Shown: positions 27,501-40,898 of the stretch, one piece after another
Layout: each line of letters opens with the position of its first letter
Position numbering within the stretch: the stretch's first letter is position 1
Assembly (NCBI GenBank): GCA_963514005.1
Contig: OY740807.1
Location: 34,906,001 to 34,970,000 of the forward strand
Source: Raja brachyura
Lineage: Eukaryota
Direction: 5' to 3'
Length of the DNA stretch: 64,000 nucleotides
Program-made: the position numbers and the translations under genes
The notes under the pieces: generated by a model
What the model saw: only the letters and a program-made list of their open reading frames with translations
Told to the model about the DNA's origin: nothing
Databases searched by the model: none

Positions 27501-28603
27501 GATCAGACAATATATGTGAAAAGAGAAACAGTCACATTTTGGGGTCTGTGATCCTGCAGAACTATGTTCTTCAGAACAGAGACTTTCAAGTACTTTATAA
27601 TTTGCTTTTTGTTTTTTGATTTTAAAACCTACAAAGGTAATGGTCTGAATTATTTCCTCTGGTACTGAAATAACATTTCTGTGTATCTTGTATCTAACCA
27701 GCTTTAAGAATTGTCAGTTGCGATTTCTACGAATCTGTATTTATTTTATAGTGTACAAAGAGGCTCTTCAACCAGTTTGAAGAATACAATATCAGTCCGT
27801 TTTATTTTAAAAGGCCAAAAGGGCTGGTATCATTAATAATTAAGCAACATTCATCAACTATTTTTTTTTCGATAAATACACCTCCTCTTCCTTTTTGATT
27901 TTGTGACCATTCAACTTCCAATGGACTAAAATTATAAAAAGTATAAAATCAACACATAAAAATGCCCTTCAGAATTATTTATGTAACTGCACTTAGCATT
28001 TCAGACCTACACTATTTACCTACATTTGCATAAATGTAGTTTAATATACATGAAGAGAACACTTATCTCACTCTCCTCTCCCCACCCCACCGCCCTCTTC
28101 CCATCCCACTCCCGTGCGTCCCACCTGGACTTGCTCCTATTTCTCCCCTCCCCACCCCCTCCACCTACATTTCTTCCTCTATTTCACATTTCGCAACTCA
28201 TCATTTCTTCTGTCTCACACCTTCTGCCCTTTAATCCATGGCCTTTGTCCAAACATCTGCTCATCAAAAGACCCTCCTCACCTGCACACATCTATTACCT
28301 GTCAAGCTTTATCCTGCCCCTCCTCTCTTCCAGCTTTCTTTTTGTGCCTCATATTGTAGCAAAAAGTATTGAACAAGTGGTGGAATTTTTATGAAATGGT
28401 ATAATGTGTAATGCACAAGATTTCTCCCTCCTTTACATAAAATCGTTTTACAGGGTCCATTTCAGCAATCTCCAGGTTGGTTACTGCAAAATGCGTTAAT
28501 GAATCACGAGAAAATGTTTACGTAAAATAATTCCCAATCATGAGCGTGAATGCTCTTAGAACAATGGGCATGAACAGTGAGTGAAATAAATTAAGGCACT
28601 TAC

Positions 28604-28698
28604 TTGGTAAGTTTTTGTGGAACCATGGCCTTGAGAAATTTGGTTACAATTTCTGGAGTCTGATCCTTGCAGGGTGTTTTGGACAAATATTTAAGAGT
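28604..28698 (-). CDS. CRCP: CRCP exon 4 (95 nt): TLKYLSKTPCKDQTPEIVTKFLKAMVPQKLT(K)
   Basis: cccacag|ACTCTTAAA...CTTACCAA|gtaagt; lies inside ORF 28600..28803; homologous to human TLKYISKTPCRHQSPEIV. Confidence 0.96.
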
Positions 28699-30244
28699 CT
28701 GTGGGTGAAATGCAGGACTCTGGTTAATCTCTCTGGTAACCTCCATAATGAATGTTTCAATCCAAAATGCAACGTCGCTCACACTGCAGTCTGTTGTTTT
28801 CATGAAAATATATTATTTCCTTTATCTGTACACTGTGGATGGCTTGATTGTAATCATGTATTGTCTTTCTGCTGACTGGCTGGCATGCAACAAAAGATTT
28901 TCACTGTACCTCGGCCCACGTGACAATAAACTAAACTAAATATATAGATTTACTGGAGGTGGTCTTGGGGGGGGGGGGGGGTGGAGGATGCTCCTGAAAC
29001 TGCAGAGCATCTTGCACAATACAGCTCAGCCCCTCCATGACACACTGGCTATCAAACGGTATAACTCCTCCCTCTTCTGACGTGGGGTAGACTGATTCCC
29101 CTTCAGTCTACTCCTCCCGCCCCTGCTCGCTCTCCTACTCGCCATCTATGTTCATTTCCCACTTACAAACGGTTTGGGTCATAAGTGATAGGAGCAGAAT
29201 TAGGCCATTCGGCCCCTCAGGTCTTCTCCACCATTCAATCATGGCTGGGCTATCTCTCCTTGCTAACCCCATTCTCCTGCCTTCTCCCCATAACCTCTGT
29301 CACCCGTATTAATCAAGAATCTATCTAACTCTGCCTTAAATATATCCACTGACTTTGCCTTGTGTGGCAAAGAATTCCACAGATTCACCACCTTGAACAC
29401 TTCTCTGGAACGGAACTCTTCCGCAACCTGGGGACTTCTGTACTGGCATGGTAAATAGAGACAGGTTAGGAAAAGTAGTCAAATATCTGCTTCTTTTCAA
29501 AACCCTTTTAATAAAACCAAAATGTAATAATTCCTAAGAAATGCAGGTTTGTAGGTTAATTGGCTTCTGTAAATTGTCCCTAGTGTGTAGGATAGAATTA
29601 ATGCCGGTGATCGTTGGTCGGCGAGGAAAAGTGATTAAAAACACTGTTTCCACGCTGTATCTTCAAGCAAAAACTAAAATCGTAAGCCACGAATGCCAAA
29701 ATCAAAATTTATTATCCACAGGATACATGCATGGCCACCGACTAAAATGAAATTTTAGCATTTATCAATAAACGAATGTCATTTTCTATTTATAATGTCA
29801 TATTTTTGGTGCATTCTAATTGACTCCAAGCTATCTGCTAGTCAACTGCGTTCTATGGAAACCATCTTCAAAACTGCCTGGAGAAGGCAGGCAGAAGTAT
29901 TAACAGCGTGGTTTCCTAGGCAACATCATGTTCAATCTTGTGTGCATTTCTGCTGTTAACGGTGCACTGTTGCAAAGAAACTGCCAATAATTTTAATCAT
30001 CCTTTCATGGCAAAGGTACAATACCCAAGAAAAACAAGGCTGCTGAACCTCCAAAGGAATTTACGAGTCATAAAAAAGTGCTCCAGGCAATGTAAATCTT
30101 GGGATCTTTAGTAGATAGAAGTGTTTCTTTTTTTCTTTATGGTCAGATCAAAATTTAGGTTTTTGTGATAATATTAAGAAAATTGAAGTGTGCTTTCATT
30201 TAATTAAAAGCTGTTCATCACAAAAGGAAAAATTGTTTAAGATT

Positions 30245-30540
30245 TAATTTATCGATACGACGTGGAAGCAGGCCCTTCGGCCCACCAAGTCCGTGCCGGC
30301 CGCCGATCTCCGTACACTAACATTATCCTACACACACTCGGGACAATTTACAATTTTACCAAAGCCAATTAACCTATAAACCTGTACGCCTTTGGAGAAT
30401 GGAAGGAAACATGAGCACCAGGAGAAACCCACCCAAGTGAGAATGTACAAACTCCGTACAGACAGCACCCGTAGTCAGGATCGAACCCGTGTCTCTGGCG
30501 CTGTGAGGAAGCAACTGTACAGCTGCGCTACTGTGCCACC
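30245..30540 (-). mobile_element. HE1/V-SINE-like SINE (further copies at ~990-1175, 10290-10603, 12765-12940, 19636-19940, 21320-21762, 31540-31828, 37000-37300, 38060-38280, 38570-38897, 41703-41998, 49056-49351)
   Basis: Recurrent aggcccttcggcccaccgagtcc...gacagcacccgtagtcaggatcgaaccc...gcgccaccgtgccgcc. Confidence 0.8.
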
Positions 30541-32610
30541 CACTAATGACAATGCAGTACTGTTCCATGCTCGAGGAGGGACTTTTGATGGCAGATTTGA
30601 AGGAAAGGGGGAAATATTTGAACAAAGTAAAACCATCGACATCATCATCAACTCGCACAGGGATCAGGTTGGGATGTTGGAAGATCAGCAGATTAGTGAA
30701 ATATGGAAGTGGCCAGATGGGTCTTGTTTACAAAAGGAGCTTGAAGGCAGCATTAGATAAAGGAAAGAAGCTGGAAAAGAGTGCCAGATCAAAGCAGGGG
30801 CAAGAGGGTTATATTATGTTATGCTTGGCAGATGAGGGAGGGCAGAAGCTAAATGTAAAATTGTCACTAGTGTGTGTAGGGTAGTGTTAGTGTACGGGGA
30901 TCACTGGTCGGTGCGGACTCGGTGGGCTGAAGGGCCTGTTTCCACTCTGTATCTCAAAACTACACTAAACTAATTAAACTACTCCATACGTTGTATCCAT
31001 GCTCTACAGTGCAATAGTTTCCTCTACTCATTGAGCCTGTTGTTGGGTCTCCCCTTCCCCTGAGTAACTTGTATGGAAACATAACAAATCTCCTGTCAAT
31101 GTGAAGCTGAACTCACAATCATCTTTCTTTCCTTTCCCCTTAGAGCGTTGAGTCAGAGGCACAGAATAACCTTTATTCAGTACTGGGCATGAAGCACTCC
31201 AGACTGCACTGACATCTGTTCCCTTGTGCTCAGCTAACTTTTTGTTTTGAGTCAAATAAAAAGCAAGTTTTTCTTTGAAAGATTAACGCTTCAACCATCA
31301 GGCTATTAAACACTACAAACTCCAAAAGGGCTCCGAATTATATAGACTTATATACACTTTTGACTTTGCACTATTATTCTCTATTTTATTTGTCTGATTG
31401 TTTTTTTTAATATACTGAACTTTTATTTTCTCTATTATGGGTTTTACAGAGTACTATGTTTACATTTCTGTTATGCTGCTGCAAGGAAGAGTTTCATGGT
31501 TCCGTTTTGGGACATCTTGACTCTTGACTTTTGAGATACAGAGTGGAAATGCCCCACCGAGTCCACCCCGAACATCAATCCTGTACCCACTAGTTGCAGC
31601 TTTTGCATCCACTCCCTGCAGTCTGGCAACAATTTTAAAGAGGCCAATTAACCTAGAAACTCGCACGTCTTCGAGATGTGGCAGGAAACCGGAGCACCTG
31701 GAGGAAACCCACGTGGTTACAGGGAGAACATGCGAGGTCCGCACAAAGAGCACCCGAGGTCAGGATCGAACCTGGTTCTCTGGTGCTGTGTGGCAGCAGG
31801 TTCGCCATCTGCACCACTGTGCTGCCCTTGTGGCATAACTCTAATAACTGTAAAGCATTTATTTTTAATATATATAATTGATATAGTTGATTATGTAATG
31901 TAAATTATACTTGCATTACTTGGTCAGTGGAATGGAGGCACACACATATGGAAAGCAACAGAGAAGAGTCAGATGGAGGCAGAGGAAGACAGACAGGCAC
32001 AGACACATTAACATAAAAAGTAGGTGCAGGAGGTGGCCATTCAGCCCTTTGAGGATCATTCATTGTGATCATGGCTGATCATCCACAATCAGTAACCCAT
32101 GCCTGCCTTCTTCCCATATCCCTTGATTCCGCTAGCCCCTAGAGCTCTATCTAACTCTCTTTTAAATTAATCCAGTGAATTGGCCTCCACTGCCCTCTGT
32201 GGCAGAGAATTCCATAAATTCACAACTCTCTGGATGAAAAAGCTTTTTCTCATCTCAGTTTTAAATGGTCTCCCCTTTATTCTTAGACTGTGGCCCCTGG
32301 TTCTGGCCTCGCCCAACATTGGGAACATTTGTCCTGCAAAAGAGGGAGAGAGAATAAAGAGGGAGAGAAAATATTTTTTCTTTAAAGTTCTTCCATAATT
32401 TTGACTTTTGGGATGAAGAATAAAAGCCCAATAATTGACACCAAATCACATGTGCAGCTCCTAAAGACTTGTCATAAACCACGAAGGAATACTGAGGTAA
32501 CTCCTAAAAAGCATCACATTCGCCAAATAAATGTGGTCACCCAGCATTAAAGCTGCAAATGTTCAATAATGATTGCCAGATTTTCATTCGTTGAAGCTGA
32601 TGAAGTATAA

Positions 32611-33245
32611 AGAACCTTTCCCGCTTGGGCGTAATTTACGCGACATCATTTACGCGCGCATGGTGCGCATTATGCACGCATGGTGCGTGGTGATGTAGGC
32701 AGTGACGCGCGGCGCCCCAGGATTTTGGGATGTACAAAATCTGCGTGACACGCAAATGACTGCATAGACTCATAGACATGAACAAAGACTGCATAGACTC
32801 GGTTTTTACTCTCTAGAATTTAGGAGATTGAGAGGGGATCTTATAGAAACTTACAAAATTCTTAAGGGGTTGGACAGGCTAGATGCAGGAAGATTGTTCC
32901 CGATGTTGGGGAGGTCCAGGACAAGGGGTCACAGCTTAAGGATAAGGGGGAAATCCTTTAGGACCGAGATGAGAAGGACTTTTTTCACACAGAGAGTGGT
33001 GGGTCTCTGGAACTCTGTGCCACAGAGGGTAGTTGAGGCCAGTTCATTGGCTATATTTAAGAGGGAGTTAGATGTGGCCCTTGTGGCTCAGGGGATCAGA
33101 GGGTATGGAGAGAAGGCAGGTACGGGATACTGAGTTGGATGATCAGCCATGATCATATTGAATGGCGGTGCAGGCTCGAAGGGCCGAATGGCCTACTCCT
33201 GCACCTAATTTCTATGTTTCTATGACACCCAAGTGGGACAGGCCT
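32611..33245. mobile_element. PIF/Harbinger-like MITE interrupted by a CR1 3' fragment (~32761-33223)
   Basis: Termini agaacctttcccgcttggg and cccaagtgggacaggcct; TAA on both flanks (32608-32610, 33246-33248). Confidence 0.65.
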
Positions 33246-33292
33246 TAAGCCTTTGACAGCCCAATTGCTACACAGTGCCATATTCCACCTAC

Positions 33293-33391
33293 CTCGTACA
33301 TGATTGTGTTAAGATTCTGCTGACCAGCGCTATGCTTCTTATTCCCACTTTCTTTCCGTTGTTCCTTAAGATCATTCAGGAGTTTAAAGAC
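33293..33391 (-). CDS. CRCP: CRCP exon 3 (99 nt): VFKLLNDLKEQRKESGNKKHSAGQQNLNTIMYE
   Basis: ttgcag|GTCTTTAAA...TACGAG|gtaggt; lies inside ORF 33245..33448; matches human VFQLLTDLKEQRKESGKNKHSSGQQNLNTITYE. Confidence 0.97.
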
Positions 33392-35109
33392 CTGCAATTT
33401 GAGAAAGAAAAGTTGAAAGTTTATCAACAGGTGCTGAGTAAGAGCCAAGTTTCAAATATTAGGTACACGGACACACAGGGTGCCCGTACAGCTTGGAGGG
33501 TCAGGCAACATCTCAGGAGGACATGGAAAACAAACGTCACACAACAGGCATGATCCAGTTTGGAGAAGGGTCGTGACCTGAAACAACGTCTGTCCATTCC
33601 CTCCACAGATGCTGCCTGAACCATTGAGGTTCCTCCAGCACTTTGTGTTGTAGAAATAATTAAGTATCTCAGGAGAGCTCTTTCCACAGCGCATGCAAAT
33701 AATTATATTACAATTCTAAAAAAGATTAGAGAAAGGTCTCGACCCAAAACACACTGCTTCTCTCCAGCTTTTTGTGTCTATCTCCGACTCAAGGAACTGC
33801 AGGTGCTGGTTTGTGTCATCTTTCAGCTCATCTTATCCGTGAACAGAAATAAGAGAGAAAAAAAAAGACAAGGTGCTGGAGTAACCCAGCAGGTCAGGCA
33901 GAATCTCTGGAGAACATGGACAGATTATGTTTCTAGGTTGGGACGAAAGACTCTGCCCGACCCGATGAGCTACTCCAGGACTTTGTGTCATCTTTCAGCC
34001 CATCTTGTCCAGGAACAAACGTAAGAGAAAAAAAAAGACACAAGGTGCTGGAATGACTCGGTAGGTCAGGCAGCATCCCTGGAGGATGTGGATAGAAGAT
34101 GTTGCAGATCGGGACCATACTTTAGACTGATTGTAGTGGGGAGAGGGGGAGCTGGAAAAAGCTGGAAACGAGGTGGGGGTGGGACAGAGCCTGGCAAGTG
34201 ATAGGTGGATACAGACGAGTCTGATTGTTAGGTGGGTGGTCAAAGGCTAGAGACGAGGAGACAAAAGGGTGTCAGATAAGGAGAGAAGTGGAGTGGGATG
34301 TAAAGCCACAGGGAGGGATATAGATTGAAGGAGTGAAGGCAGAGGAGGGGAAATGGTGGAGAGATAGTAGCAGAAAAAGATTCTGAATGGCATTTGACTA
34401 AGAGTCAAGAATACCGCCACCCTGGGCAGGACTGTATTCGACCCACTGAACAGAATCATTCCATTTGTACGAGTGAACTCTATGCTGACCCATTACAGAA
34501 ACATAGAAAATAGGTGCAGGAGTAGGCCATTCGGCCCTTCGAGCCAGCACCACCATTCGATACGATCAAGGCTGATCATCCAGAATCAGTACCCCGTTTT
34601 GCTCTCTCCCCTGATTGCATTAGCTCTCAGAGCCACATCCAGCTCTCTCTTGAATACATTCAGTGAATTGGCCTCTACTGCCTTTAGTGGCAGAGAATTC
34701 CACATGTTCAAATAAAACCCCATTTTATCCATAACCACAATGACAGGAAGCAAAGGAAAGTGAAACTCTTCCATTCCTGTTGTTGTTATGTGATGTACAA
34801 ATGAAGGAGAGTTGACTTCCACACGTTGAATTAAATATACATTTTTAATATATTTAATTCAAATGTTAATTATATTGAATTATTTATTTGGCAAGCTTGC
34901 ATATTTCTAGACATAAAACCACAGGAAATGCATGTGGATTGTGGGGGTGTAGTTGATAATGGATTGAAAACAAATTTCTAATGAAGGGACCAAACCATAG
35001 ATTGCAATAAATTAAGACATTTCCTTACTGAGCTGGATTGTTAAATGTGTTATACATACTAATGTGTAATTAAAATGTAAAAACAAACAAAACAAAATCA
35101 CTATCTTAC

Positions 35110-35146
35110 CTCAAAATTACTGAGCATTGCAGCATTTGCATCTTTT
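35110..35146 (-). CDS. CRCP: CRCP exon 2 (37 nt): (V)KDANAAMLSNFE
   Basis: tattccag|AAAAGATGCA...TTTGAG|gtaaga; joined to exon 1 it gives MEVKDANAAMLSNFE (human MEVKDANSALLSNYE). Confidence 0.95.
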
Positions 35147-35699
35147 CTGGAATAGATAAGTTATATGTCAGCACATTTTTAGATTTTTTAAATTGCATTG
35201 CATAAAGAGTATACAACAATGGCCTGAGCCGAGCCTTGTTAGGAGTGGAACGGTAGAGGATGGTATTATGGAGGGAGATGTACGGTGGAATATCAGTGGG
35301 GCTTTCGGCTCAACGATTTGGGAGTAGTGTGGTTCAGATTTTTTTAGTTTAGAGATGCAGTGTGGATACAGGCCCTTCGGCCCACCAAGTCCACGCCGAC
35401 CAGCGATCCCCGCACACTAACACTATGGTACACGCACTAGGGACAATTTACCATTTACCAAGCCAATTAACCTACAACCCTGAAAATAGATACAAAAAGC
35501 TGGAGTAACTCAGCGGGACAGGCAGCATCTCTAGAGAGAAGGAATGGGTGGCGTTTGAAGTCTGAAAAAGGGTCCGGTCCCGACCCGAAACGTCAACCAT
35601 TCCTTCTCTCCAGAGGTGCTGCCTGTCTGGCCCGATGAGTTATTCCAGCATTTTGTGTCTATCCAACGTTCACTGTGTGATTAGAGGCTGGTGCGGACG

Positions 35700-36060
35700 T
35701 ACGTCAACGCTGAGAAACAAAGCTCCTGGAGCAGATGGCATTCCTGCTGAAGATCTCAACCTTGGCAGATAAACTCTCCTTGCAGACGTCAACAGTCTTA
35801 CTGCCCTCGTATGTGAAAGAGGACTAGCGTGTCAGGGGGTCTCTGAGACAACACAGTCAGGGCCGCCGAGAAGATAAATTTGGAAATAGCTCCTCTCAGG
35901 CCAATATCTCCAGCATCGTGGCTGCGATTCGCTTCAAAGTACAGGACGCATCTAACACATGTCCAGACACCTGACACACAACAGTCTATTTTCTCAGAGC
36001 TCAGAAATAGCTGCAAACAAGCAGCTTCAGGGTTGTTTTCAAAGAGACCTAACATCCTCA
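35700..36060 (+). mobile_element. RTE-like LINE remnant
   Basis: aaagctcctggagcagatggcattcctgctgaa encodes KAPGADGIPAE; the remainder is heavily decayed. Confidence 0.5.
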
Positions 36061-36789
36061 CTGACTCATAAAGTCATAAGTGACAGGAACAGAATTAGGC
36101 CATTCGGCCCATCAAGTCTAATCCGCCATTCAATCATGGCTGATTCATCTCTCCCTCCCAACTCCATTCTCCTGCCTTCTCCCCATAACCCGTACTAATC
36201 AATAGACTCATAGGGATGGACACAAAATGACGGAGTAACTCAGTGATACAGGCAGCATCTCTGAAGTGAAGGAATGTCCTTCTTTCCAGATGTTTAAGAA
36301 AGGACTGCAGATGATGGAGAAATTGAAGGTAGACAAAAATGCTGAAGGAACAGCAGGTGAGGCAGCATCGATGGAGCCAAGGAATAAGTGACGTTTCGGG
36401 TCGAGACCCTTCTCTCCAGAGATGCTGCCTGTCCCGGCATTTTGTGTCCATCTTCAGTTTAAACCAGCATCTGCAGTTCCTTCCTACACAAATCATAGGG
36501 TTCTTTGTCAAATTGGACATGAAGCTAGAGGAGGCTGAGAAACTCAATTTCACTCATCTATCACACACAGTAACGACTCAAAACAATGAATTAACGAAAT
36601 GCAGAACCTTGCAAAAAGATCCCACCCTTTCATTCTGTCCCGCACCACCTGCCGCAGACTATAAGTTCTGCCAAAGATAGACACCAAATGCTGGAGTAAC
36701 TCAGCGGGGCAGGCAGCATCTTGGGAGAACATGGATAGGTGACGTTGCAACTTGTACAAAATTGAACAATTGATCAAAAATGGAAACTC

Positions 36790-38050
36790 TAGTTTTCATA
36801 TTGGTGGCTGGTCTGGAAGGTTAGATCACATGGGATCCAGGGTGAGCTAATTAATTGGATACAAAATTGGCTTGATGGAAGGAGGTAGAGGGTGGTGTTG
36901 GAGGAGGTTTGTTATTTAGATTGGAGGCCCAGTGACCAGTGGTGTGGCACAATGAGTGAAGCTGGGACGTTCATCTATATGAATATTTGGATGATGATGA
37001 GGCAGCATGGTGGCGCAGCGGTAGAGTTGCTGTCTTACAGCAACAGAGGCCCGGGTTCGATCTTGACGAGGGGTGAAGCCCGTGAAAAGTTTGTACATTC
37101 TTCCTATGACAGGGTGGGTTTTCTCCGGGCGCTTCAGTTTCCACCCGCACTCCAGAGACGTACAGGTATGAAGATAAATTGGCTTGGTAAATGTAAAAAT
37201 TGTCCCTAGTGTGTATCGAAGAGTGTTAACATGCGGGGATCACTGGTCGGCGCGGACCCAGTGGGCCGAAGGGCCTGTTTCCCTAATGTATCTCTATACT
37301 CCCACATTTCCAAAGACGGGAGGTTTGTAGGTTAATTTGGTGTGGAGGGTAGAACTAGTGTACGGGTAATCATTGATCGGCGTGGACTCAGATAGGCCTG
37401 TTACCAGGTTTCCATCTCTAAGTTAAATTAAGCAATGCTGTTAACGTGATTAATAAATTTGTGGATTACACCAACATTCGTGGTGCAGTGGACAGCGAAC
37501 TAGGTTTTCTATAATTACAACTGGATCTACTAGATGAACTGGGCAAGTCAACCAAGGAACAGCAGATGGAATTCAACTCAAACAACTAGAAGGTGTTGCA
37601 TTTTGGCAAGTTAAACCAGGCAGGACTTACACGGTGAACGGTTGAACGGTGAAGAAGAGAGAGACCCAGGAATACAGGTACACAGTTCCCTGATAGTGTG
37701 AACACAAACAGATGGGGTGGTGAAGAAGTGAAATTTGGCACACATGCCCTCATTGATCGTGGTATTGAGCAACAGGAGCTGGGAATGTCTCGTTACAAGT
37801 CATTGGTGAGACCATATTTGGATAATAGTGCACAGTTCTGGTCGTACAGCAATATGAAGGATGTTGTTAAGCTTGAAAGGGTGCAGAGAAGATTCACGGG
37901 GATTCAGCCAGGATTTGAGGGTTTGAGCTATGAGAGTCTGGATAGAGTGTGACTTTTATCCCTGGAATGCAAGAGGTTAAGGGGTGACTTTATCGAGCTA
38001 TAGAAAAAATTGAGAGGTATAGATAAAAATGGATGATCACAGTCTTATTC
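36790..38050 (+). mobile_element. Degenerate CR1 LINE with nested SINE copies (~37000-37430)
   Basis: ORF 37698..37952 (YKSLVRPYL...LERVQRRFT) plus flanking CR1-like RT sequence. Confidence 0.75.
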
Positions 38051-39652
38051 TGAGGAAAAATACTCATCCACTCCCTTCACACTCGGGGCATAGGGACAAT
38101 TTTTTTTTAACCAAGCCCAATTAACCTACAAACCATGTGGGATGTGGGAGGAAACCGGAGCACCCGGAGGAGACCCATGCAGTCACAGGGAGAACGTGCA
38201 AACTCCACACAGACAGCATCTGGGATCAGGATCGAACCAAGTCTCTGGCACTGTAAGGCAGCAGTACTACTGTGCCACATTATTTGCGAGGGTAACAGTG
38301 TTGAACTAAGTGTTCAACAGACTGGACAATTCCATGAGCGACCACAGGAGCAGATATCACAAGATTTTGAGAGCAAATTTTAAAAATGTATTCTTTTAAG
38401 ATTTTTTTAAACATGCACCATGAAATAAACTTTTTGTTTGAATGAATAATTAAATATACAAATTTTACAATTAAATATATACATTTTCAAGTGAAATTGA
38501 TCGTAATTAAATAGAGAATAGCATATAGAGCAGTACAGCACAGGAACAGGCCCTTTGGCCCACTATGTTAAGTTTAGTTTAGTTTGGTTTCGAGATACAG
38601 CACACAAAGCAGGCACTTCGACCCACCGAGTCCGTGCCGACCAGCGATCCCTGCACATTAACACTACCTTGCACACTCTAAGAGTAATTTATATTTATAC
38701 CAAACAAATTAATCTACAGACCCGCACGTCTTTTGGAGTGTGGGAGGTAGCCGAAAATATTGGAGAAAACCCATGCGATCACAGGAAGAACGTACAAACT
38801 CCTAACAGACAGCACCTGTAGTCGGGATCAAACCCGGGTCTCTGGCGCAGCAGACACTGCAAGGCAGCAAATCTACTGCTGCGCCATCGTACCGCCCTGT
38901 CTGTCTACCTAAACTGGTCTCATCTGCCTGCACATGATCTGTGTCCCTCTATTCTTTGTTTGTTCATGTGTCTGTCTAAATGCCTCTTAAACATTGCTAT
39001 TGCATCCGCTTCTAACGACTCACCCGGCAGCCCGTTCTAGACACCTACCACACTTGTGCAAAACACTTGCCTCATGAATTTGCTTTAAACCTTCCCCCTC
39101 TCACCCTGAACAAGGAACTGCAGATGCTGGTTTACTAAAAAAAGGACACAAAGTGCTGGATTAACTCAGGGGGTCAGGCAGCATCTCTGGAGAATGCGGG
39201 TAGGTGACGTATCGGATTGGGCCCCTTTCTCAGGCTGATTGTGGAGGGGTGGGGGTGGTGGGGAGAAGGGAGCTGGGAGAGGGAAGAGGCAAGATAAAGT
39301 GTGGCAGGTGATAGATGAACAGGCGAGGGGGTTTCGATAGGCAGATGGTAGATAAAGGCCAGAGATAAAACGACAGAAGATGTGACACAAAAGGATTGAA
39401 GAGTTGCGAATTATGAAGTCAAAGAAGGGAATGCGGGATGAGGAAGAGGCAGAAGGAAATGAGTACGAGTCCAGGTGAAGCACAAGGGAGGAGGGATGGG
39501 TGGGAGGAGTGGGGGAGGAAGATTTACCATTTCAACCTTGGGGGAAAAGACCATGTCTACTCTATTTATGCCTCTCATAATTTAATGTATTTTCATCCAG
39601 TCACCCGTCAACCTCCGACGTTCCAGAGAAAACAATCCATGTTTGTCCAATT

Positions 39653-40898
39653 CAGGCACGTGCCGTCAGGGTAGGCAAGGTAGGCACTGCCCACCCTGAC
39701 TAAAATTATAACATAGTAATAACTAAATATAAATAATAAAGGCATGGGAGAATTATGCCTATGTGAGAGATCGATCTCTTAGGTAGGCATATTTCTCCGT
39801 GCCTTTCATCCGCAGCGCTTGTAACACGGAAGGTCTGTGCAGCCCACGTGCCATCAGCGCTGCTTGAAGCCGTCAGTTTCAATCGGGGCTGAAGGCAGCT
39901 GAAATTCTGCCTTTGCTGTACTGCGCATGCGCATCAGTCTACTGCACATGCGCAGTGCAAGTTTCTTGGTGGGGTTTTCAACTATGGTTTGTCGTGTACC
40001 AATGATGTGGTAAGTACATTTTGTGTTTATGTTTTTAAATACTGTATTTCCCGGGGGTGTGGGGGTGGGGGGAGAGCTCCTTTCACAGCGTTTGGGGAGT
40101 CTGGCAAAGGGGTAAAGTTGCGGGGAGGGCACGAATGTTATGAAGGAGGGGTCGGGAGCATCCACGTGCGACGCTCCTTGCACGGGGGCGTGGAATGCCA
40201 CTGCATTGAGGCCGGGGGGGGGGGAAGAGAGAGAAGTAGCTCGGGTGGCTGAGCGGCCGCCGGGCCGGACAGCGGAACCAGCCGCCACCTTAGCTCCTTC
40301 TGCCGGTCCCCGCTCACCTCTGGCAGCTCTCCGTCTAAAAACCTCTCTCCTGCCGCTCGCTGGCCTCACTCACGTCCTTAAATTCTGACAGCGCGATTGA
40401 GTTTACTCGGCTGTGGGAATTTAAGGATTTGCAGGACATGCCGAAGTCGGTGAACGGCAGGTGACAGGTGTTCCGACGGAAAGCACTGCCAAAGGTGAGT
40501 GGGCCGGCAGAAGGCGCTGAAGTGGCGGCCAGTTCTGCGGTCGGGTCCCGGTGGCCGCTCCCCGAGCTGCTTCTATCCCCAGCTACAGTGTGTGGCTTTG
40601 CGCCCGGAGAGCTGCGGTAGCCGTGAGTGAGTGAGTTACTGGCAGTATCCCCGACATCCTCCTTCTCAACACTCGTGCCCTCCCCACAACTTTACCCCTG
40701 GCACAGACTCTCCACACGCTGTGAAAGGAACTGTTCCCCCAATTGGTCTAGGACTAGGAAGCCTTGGGCAAATTGAAACGTCACTGTTTTTATTTATTTA
40801 TTTATTTCACGGAGAGAACAATCTGCGCATGCGCGGTTTAATTTTTTTTAAAGTGGACTGAGTGCCTACCCTGAGTAATTACTCACGGCAAGTGCCTG
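39653..40898. mobile_element. Non-autonomous hAT-like DNA transposon (1246 bp, CpG-rich)
   Basis: TIRs CAGGCACGTGCCGT(C)AG and CAGGCACTTGCCGT(G)AG; perfect 8-bp TSD GTCCAATT (39645-39652, 40899-40906); interrupts an antisense CR1 fragment; no transposase ORF. Confidence 0.88.

Noticed and set aside
39854-40388. 171-aa and shorter ORFs inside the hAT-like element
   Set aside because: Low-complexity GC-rich translation with no BED finger or DDE transposase motifs.
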